In this document: one piece after another, positions 58,520 through 64,000 of the stretch
How the letters are laid out: the number at the start of each line of letters is the position of its first letter
How positions within the stretch are numbered: the first letter of the stretch is position 1
Notes under the pieces: model-generated
Database searches by the model: none
What the model was told of the DNA's origin: nothing
The model's input: only the letters and a program-made list of their open reading frames with translations
Assembly (NCBI GenBank): GCA_011364965.1
Contig: RDOB01000002.1
Span: 32,001-96,000 of the forward strand
Reading direction: 5' to 3'
Source of the DNA: Candidatus Heimdallarchaeota archaeon
GTDB lineage: Archaea; Asgardarchaeota; Heimdallarchaeia; Hodarchaeales; Hodarchaeaceae
DNA: 64,000 nt
Made by a program: the position numbers and the translations under genes

Positions 58520-61198
58520 ATGGCTAAAAATTTCAAAAAAACATGTTGGACATTTGGGTTGTTGTTGGTCACTTTATTAATAGTATATGGGGAAGTAGCA
58601 CGAATGGGAACCGCTTACGTGGTTCCTCCAATAGTGATAGTTGAAAATCATACGCGAACTCCTAGTGTCCCTGATCAGGGTGAAAATGCAGAAGTATCTT
58701 GTTATGTTTATCATAGTGGTGGGTCCAGTCTAAGTGTCTATCTTTATTACAGAATTAATGGTGGTGAATTCACACAAGTTACAATGACTAGTACGGGTAG
58801 CAGTTATGTCAAATGGGATACTTATAGGTTTTATGAATATGTAAAATTATTACCTGCAGCTAATATTGACGATATTGTTGAATACTATATTCTAGCACGA
58901 GCAATAGCTGGAAGTCCACCAGAGGAATCCACAGATAGATCTCCAAATAGTGGATATTACTCCTATATTGTAAATGAATTATCTGAAATCTCTTGGAGTG
59001 ATCCAAGTGCAGGATCAGAGATCACATTTGGTCCAGATAATGATTATTTTCTATTTATTTTCGATTGGAGCTATGTAAATTTAGATGATGCGAGGTTAGA
59101 GATTGGAGATCAAAGTTTTGATATCCTTAATGGTACAACTCAGAGTTTTGAAGTCAATGTGAATGGTGCGCTTTTAGAGGGCTCAACTATATCAGCCATT
59201 TTGAAAGGTTATAAATCAACAGTTTTAGTTGCTTCTGATAGTCGATTATTCAGTTTCAGAAGATTGGACTATAGTTTAACATGGATTTCTCCTAGCAATG
59301 GGAATATTATTGCTTTTAGCCCCGTTGGATTAGCAAAGTTTAATTTCACCTTCAGTTCTGGATTTGATATTGATCAAGTTTATCTTTTTTTCAACAACAC
59401 AGATATGGGAGAAGTAATCAGTCCTGGAACAGTTGCGTTCACCTTTGAAGACTTTCAGGGAGTTATTTATGCCACCTTAAAAGGTTATGATTCATTGAAT
59501 CAAGAGATTGTTCAAACGTCACGAACTTTTTTATTTAGACGCTTAGTTATAGAAGTAATTTGGGACAATCCAAGTGAAAATAGCACCATTACTTTTGAAC
59601 CAGGAACTGAACCCGAGAGGTTCAACTTTACTTTCTCTAAAGGTACAGATGTTTTTTATGTGAAGTTAGAACTGAATATGCTAGATATGGGAGTAGTGTC
59701 AAATCCTGGGACGATCACATTTCCTTATAATGATAGTTTTCATGGATTGATTAAAGGGGAGCTTATAGGATACAATGCTTTGGATCAAGAGATTTCCAAT
59801 GCAATTCGTTACTTTAAGTTTGATAAGAAGATAGCTGTTCGCTTTGAGGCACTTCAGGAAAATGAAATTGATCTTGGAAGTAAATTGTATTTAATTCTTC
59901 ATGATCCAAATGGCGATGGAAGTGTATCCAGCTACGAAGAGTCTTCCTCCTTCTCTCTAGGAATTGGATGCGAGATCACTTCTAGTATCACTGCGGGATT
60001 AGAAATTGGCATTGAAGGAGAAAGTGATTTTTTTGGTCTCTTCAAGACTGGTGGGTCAGCTTCAACTAAACTTTCGTTATCAACTGAAGCAAGTTTTGGA
60101 TTAGATGCACGATTTCAAATAATTGATAGTACTTTTCTATCTTCTTCCGATTCATCTTCTGCCATTGATTTTATTGGGCCTGGATATGGTGATCGATATT
60201 GGGGTGAACTCTGGAAGTTCAAATATGTTTTTACCATCCATTATATTGAGTACTATAATGGAACTGAGCTTTACTTCGATCCTCACCTCTGGTGGGGCAT
60301 TCTAAGAGATGCAGAAGCATATCTTAGTGATCTTACAGCTCCTGATGAATGGAGAGAATTGAATCCAGTGTACCAAAACTATCCAGAAGAAAAAGTTGAA
60401 TGGTTGGGTGGTATCTTGATAAGTGATGGAGGAGGAACCTATACTAATACCCACGAGGTTACAAGCTCCAGTACTCTGAGCAGTTCGATTACAATTGGCT
60501 TAGAAAGTGAAACAAGAGCTAAACTTATCGCAGGTGGAGCTTTTGTTGAGGGATCGGTGGAATTATCCCTGAATACCAAAATTTACGCAGAAACAAGTGT
60601 GAGTAATACAATTAAAACGAGCTATAGTATCCATGATGACGAAACCACTGATTCAATCGTCCAAAGAGTTGGGATTGATAAAACTTTTGGCACTTACATT
60701 TTCAAAACGGAAAACGAATTCTGTTCTACCTCCAAACCTATAGAATACAATACAATTGATTATATTCCTCCTGAAATAGGATATCCTACCATTATATATG
60801 ATACTGATCAGGATTTCAAAGGACCAACGCCATCAGATAATCCATTGGTTACCGTTAAAATTGAAGAAGAAGGTGGTATACAAGATGCAATACTCTATTA
60901 TTCAATTGATAATGGGACAAGCTGGAGGTCAATAAAATTAGTAGAGTATGTAGGACAACCAGGGATCTGGTACACTAACATTCCCAAACAATCGAATAAT
61001 ACAATAGTTCAATGGTATCTGAAAGCTTGGGATTTAAGAGGTAATAGTGAAGAAAAATATGATTTAACAGGGGTTTATTTCTCTTATAAGGTTGGAGTTA
61101 TCATAAATCCTCTTGTTGGACAAACTCCTGGTTTTACATTTTGGACTGTATTATTTACAATAATAATTGGAATTATTTTTGTAAAAAGAAGACAATGA
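58520..61198 (+). CDS. Large secreted multi-domain surface protein with PGF-CTERM-like anchor
   Basis: Signal peptide, Ig-like domain, three ~90-aa repeats, ILHDPNGDGS core, second Ig-like domain, TPGF-TM-KRRQ. Confidence 0.8.
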   Translation: MAKNFKKTCWTFGLLLVTLLIVYGEVARMGTAYVVPPIVIVENHTRTPSVPDQGENAEVSCYVYHSGGSSLSVYLYYRINGGEFTQVTMTSTGSSYVKWDTYRFYEYVKLLPAANIDDIVEYYILARAIAGSPPEESTDRSPNSGYYSYIVNELSEISWSDPSAGSEITFGPDNDYFLFIFDWSYVNLDDARLEIGDQSFDILNGTTQSFEVNVNGALLEGSTISAILKGYKSTVLVASDSRLFSFRRLDYSLTWISPSNGNIIAFSPVGLAKFNFTFSSGFDIDQVYLFFNNTDMGEVISPGTVAFTFEDFQGVIYATLKGYDSLNQEIVQTSRTFLFRRLVIEVIWDNPSENSTITFEPGTEPERFNFTFSKGTDVFYVKLELNMLDMGVVSNPGTITFPYNDSFHGLIKGELIGYNALDQEISNAIRYFKFDKKIAVRFEALQENEIDLGSKLYLILHDPNGDGSVSSYEESSSFSLGIGCEITSSITAGLEIGIEGESDFFGLFKTGGSASTKLSLSTEASFGLDARFQIIDSTFLSSSDSSSAIDFIGPGYGDRYWGELWKFKYVFTIHYIEYYNGTELYFDPHLWWGILRDAEAYLSDLTAPDEWRELNPVYQNYPEEKVEWLGGILISDGGGTYTNTHEVTSSSTLSSSITIGLESETRAKLIAGGAFVEGSVELSLNTKIYAETSVSNTIKTSYSIHDDETTDSIVQRVGIDKTFGTYIFKTENEFCSTSKPIEYNTIDYIPPEIGYPTIIYDTDQDFKGPTPSDNPLVTVKIEEEGGIQDAILYYSIDNGTSWRSIKLVEYVGQPGIWYTNIPKQSNNTIVQWYLKAWDLRGNSEEKYDLTGVYFSYKVGVIINPLVGQTPGFTFWTVLFTIIIGIIFVKRRQ

Positions 61199-61205
61199 TA
61201 ACCTG

Positions 61206-61228
61206 AGAGGAATTAATATCCTCTTTTT
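61206..61228 (+). terminator. Short hairpin plus T-tract after surface protein gene
   Basis: AGAGGA...TCCTCT followed by TTTT. Confidence 0.35.
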
Positions 61229-61314
61229 CCTCTCTAAATTCTCTCCCTTTAAAATTACTATAAGGATATAGATCTTTAGATCTAAAATCTACAAAAGTTA
61301 GGAGTCCTTGTTCA

Positions 61315-61614
61315 ATGCCTAAAAAAGGTGAGCTTAAAGAATGGTTCTCCAAAATAAAATTTGGCTTAGATAATCCCCAAGAATTTACTATAGTATTTCG
61401 GGATTTTGATTCCTATATAGAGCTATCCTTTAAGGAATTTGAAGAAAGGCGCAAAACAGATAGTATACCCTTACATCGAATTTCTCAGATTCGGAAACTC
61501 GGCGTTCCAGTATTTACTCGTCCCGAGTTTTGTCAAAGATGTGGAAATCCTTTAGTGGAGGGTATTTGCCCAATTCATACGACTACTACTTATGATAACA
61601 AGAAGAATAGTTAA
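61315..61614 (+). CDS. DUF504/MJ1316-like domain protein with Zn-ribbon tail
   Basis: LKEWFSKIKF....EFTIVFRD...IPLHRI.QIRK.G..VF; CQRCG...CPIH. Confidence 0.75.
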   Translation: MPKKGELKEWFSKIKFGLDNPQEFTIVFRDFDSYIELSFKEFEERRKTDSIPLHRISQIRKLGVPVFTRPEFCQRCGNPLVEGICPIHTTTTYDNKKNS

Positions 61615-61641
61615 ACTGATTTTTGTTATTAATAGCAAATT

Positions 61642-62406
61642 TTAAATTTTAATATCTAAAAACGATAGTCCATTTTTCCATAAGCTAATTTCTATATCTT
61701 TAGCAGATTCATTCTTTAGTTCTGCAATTTTCCTTACAACTTCATCCATTAGCCCAGGATGTCCTATTTTTCCCTGATACTTTACATTTCCATCCGATTC
61801 AGTCAGTAAGCGATCTTTGGTTATTATTTTAGGAACTTCTTGATGTTTAGGAGAATAAGCAAGGGCTGGCCCGCATGAAAAATAGAAATCCATCTCTTTT
61901 AGCATTTTTAGATGCGCTAAGTTACCTGAATACCAATGAATGCAAATCTTTTTCCCTGGTACAGAGCTGGAGCTCATTATTTCGATAATTCTCCTTTCAG
62001 CTCCTTTTACATGTAACATTATACTCAAATTTCGTTTTTCTGCTTGTTTCAAAAAAAATTCAAAGACCTCTTGTTGAGGCTGATATCTCTTCTCTTCCTT
62101 AATAAAATGAAAATCCAATCCGATTTCTCCAATATTTTTTATCTCTACATCAGAATTCATTAATTCTTCAAATTTGGATAGTTCATTAATATGTTTATGT
62201 GCTTTCCAAGGGTGAATTCCTATTGCAGGAATTATTTCTGGAAATTTCTTAGCTAAATGTATAGATATTAGCGATTCTTCATAATTTTGACTCATGGATG
62301 CAATATATTTTACATTATTTGCTTTCCAATTCTTTAGGTGAGATTCAATGTCTTTATAAAAGTAATTTTCTGGTAAATGACAATGTACGTCAATAAAAGG
62401 TGACAT
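61642..62406 (-). CDS. tatD: TatD-family DNase
   Basis: IDVHCH, IGIHPW, IGEIGLDF, LHV, IHWYSG, LTESD. Confidence 0.92.
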   Translation of the reverse strand: MSPFIDVHCHLPENYFYKDIESHLKNWKANNVKYIASMSQNYEESLISIHLAKKFPEIIPAIGIHPWKAHKHINELSKFEELMNSDVEIKNIGEIGLDFHFIKEEKRYQPQQEVFEFFLKQAEKRNLSIMLHVKGAERRIIEIMSSSSVPGKKICIHWYSGNLAHLKMLKEMDFYFSCGPALAYSPKHQEVPKIITKDRLLTESDGNVKYQGKIGHPGLMDEVVRKIAELKNESAKDIEISLWKNGLSFLDIKI

Positions 62407-62801
62407 TAATTAGTTTGCCCTTCCTTCTTTTATCTTTAAGCCCTTAAATACCATTTTTTTTATCCTTTAGTTTAATAAAGGTTATTATCTTCCAAACAAG
62501 TTACTATTTTAACGATGTAGAATTCAATTAAATTTTAAATTTTCTTTAAAGATTTATAATTGTTGTAAGATGTATTAAAAATCAAAACAATCATCATAAA
62601 AATCTCACTTTGAATCCCTTTATATGACAACTGTTGCCTTCTCAGTAAATCTTGATAGCAATTTTGAATTTATAGGTGGTAATACACATAGTAATGCTTA
62701 TGGTGTATTTAAGGACGACTAATTTACGTCGAAAATTTACCAGATACATGAATACTTATCCAGACTTATTCGCAGGCAAGCTTGTTGAAGGTGTATACTT
62801 T

Positions 62802-63184
62802 ATGAAGAATTCAGGAAAAAGTATGTTGCTATTACTTGCTGAGATGCAAAATGAGAAAGGTAATATCGAAGTTAATGTTATGGAACCCATACGGGAGAAT
62901 GAATTATTAGATAATCCAGATTTAAGGAGACTAAAACCTTGGTTAAAAGAAAGAAATCAAGTGCACCTACTGTTGGAGAAGGAAACCAAAGAGGAACTCA
63001 ATCAGGAGGAGAAAAGACTTCTGGTAGAACTGAGCAGGAAGCGTTTCTCGGTGCATGTGAAATTGACCTGATCAATTGTCTGAAACAATTAAGTTCCCTT
63101 CCATCCCAAGGACGAAAGGAGGATGATCCATTGACCCCCATATTACTAACATATGCACGCAAATGGAGGGCTGTAGAAAAATGA
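62802..63184 (+). pseudogene. Small gene upstream of SMC-like ATPase, apparently split by a one-base frameshift near 63044-63046
   Basis: ATG at 62802 follows GAAGGTG and its frame stops at 63071. The -1 frame continues FLGACEIDLINCLKQ... to a TGA that overlaps the next ATG (ATGA, 63181-63184). Confidence 0.55.
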
Positions 63185-64000
63185 CTTTACGAATTGAACT
63201 TGAAAATATAGGTGGGATTGATCAAGTCGGATTAGAATTTAAAGAAGGGAAAAATTTAATCAAAGCACCTAATGCAACAGGTAAAAGTTCCTTTGTAAAA
63301 GGAATTGAACTATTGAACATGCCTGCTGACCGAATTGAACGAAAAAGGCATTACTTAAATTTATTTGCTGAAAAAGGACATGTTAAAATTGAAAAAGATA
63401 ACAAAATTCTCTGTGATCGACTATTCAGAGTAGCTTCAGGTAATCGATTAATTGTTAATGGTAGCCCATTTCATGTAGAGAACCAAAAAGCTAATCTTTT
63501 CACATTAGCGACTCCAGATAATGAATTAATCTCTTCTATAACCGCAGGTAGGAATTTAGAGGGATTGATAACTCAATATTCTGATGTTAAGTATTACAGT
63601 CATCTGATTACAAACATTAAAAATCGGATTTCAAATTTGAAAAAAGACCTAAGAATTTATTTGATGTATGAGTCTGATATCGAAAGCATGCGAGCAGAGC
63701 ATAATAAATTAAAGAGGGATTTAGAAAAAGCTAAGATAGAACGTGAAACATTACCAGAGATAAATTTAGAAGAAATTCAATCATATTCAGAGATAGAATC
63801 AAGATATCATAAATTTTCGAAAGATATAGTAGGTCTTAAGAATAAGATTGAGGCTGCAAATGATATTATTAGACTGGATAAAGCTAGAGTTAGGGATATT
63901 AAAAGTCAAGTAAAATCAATGGAAGAAGAAATAAAGAACTTCATGGCAGAACATCCGACCGTTGATCAGGAAATTGCTATTATTACAGAAAAAGTAAAGG
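63181..64000 (+). CDS. Archaea-specific SMC-related ATPase (Sph/ClsN-like), 3'-truncated by window edge; absent from ORF track
   Basis: My translation: MTLRIELENIGGIDQVGLEFKEGKNLIKAPNATGKSSFVKGIELL...; Walker A APNATGKS, then coiled coil; frame open to the window end. Confidence 0.85.
   Translation, partial: MTLRIELENIGGIDQVGLEFKEGKNLIKAPNATGKSSFVKGIELLNMPADRIERKRHYLNLFAEKGHVKIEKDNKILCDRLFRVASGNRLIVNGSPFHVENQKANLFTLATPDNELISSITAGRNLEGLITQYSDVKYYSHLITNIKNRISNLKKDLRIYLMYESDIESMRAEHNKLKRDLEKAKIERETLPEINLEEIQSYSEIESRYHKFSKDIVGLKNKIEAANDIIRLDKARVRDIKSQVKSMEEEIKNFMAEHPTVDQEIAIITEKVK

Noticed and set aside
1-64000. tRNA, rRNA, CRISPR arrays, IS elements or provirus
   Set aside because: No GC-rich structured RNA-length tracts, regular repeat-spacer units, transposases, integrases or viral hallmark genes were recognised by eye; tRNAscan/Infernal were not run.

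Overview
AT-rich, gene-dense archaeal chromosome segment, very likely from an Asgard archaeon (Heimdallarchaeia/Hodarchaeales-like; the lineage call is inferred). Support: an archaeal TFB, a profilin, three small GTPases (Rab-like, Arf-like, Arf-like fused to a wHTH), a RING-finger fusion, GF/PGF-CTERM-like surface anchors, and bacterial/eukaryote-type MetK and PfkA. The main theme is DNA modification: seven putative DNA methyltransferase genes with no recognisable cognate restriction endonuclease. The best candidate new system is at about 8.5-13.9 kb. It has two divergent tRNA-guanine-transglycosylase (TGT/DpdA)-fold genes, a DUF6884-like gene, and a single-chain tandem beta-class methyltransferase. 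In that enzyme the N-terminal copy keeps the target-recognition region but lacks catalytic motifs, and the C-terminal copy shows the reverse. Other notable items are a SIRT6/7-like (class IV) sirtuin, a Dna2 nuclease-helicase with a C-terminal RING coupled to a methyltransferase, a split and degenerate PEP-synthase pair, and a surface-anchored protein with pore-former-like hairpins. At the right edge is an archaea-specific SMC-related ATPase missing from the ORF track, preceded by a frameshifted partner gene. I saw no rRNA, tRNA, CRISPR array, transposase or integrase. All family calls come from motif recognition by eye; no database search was run.
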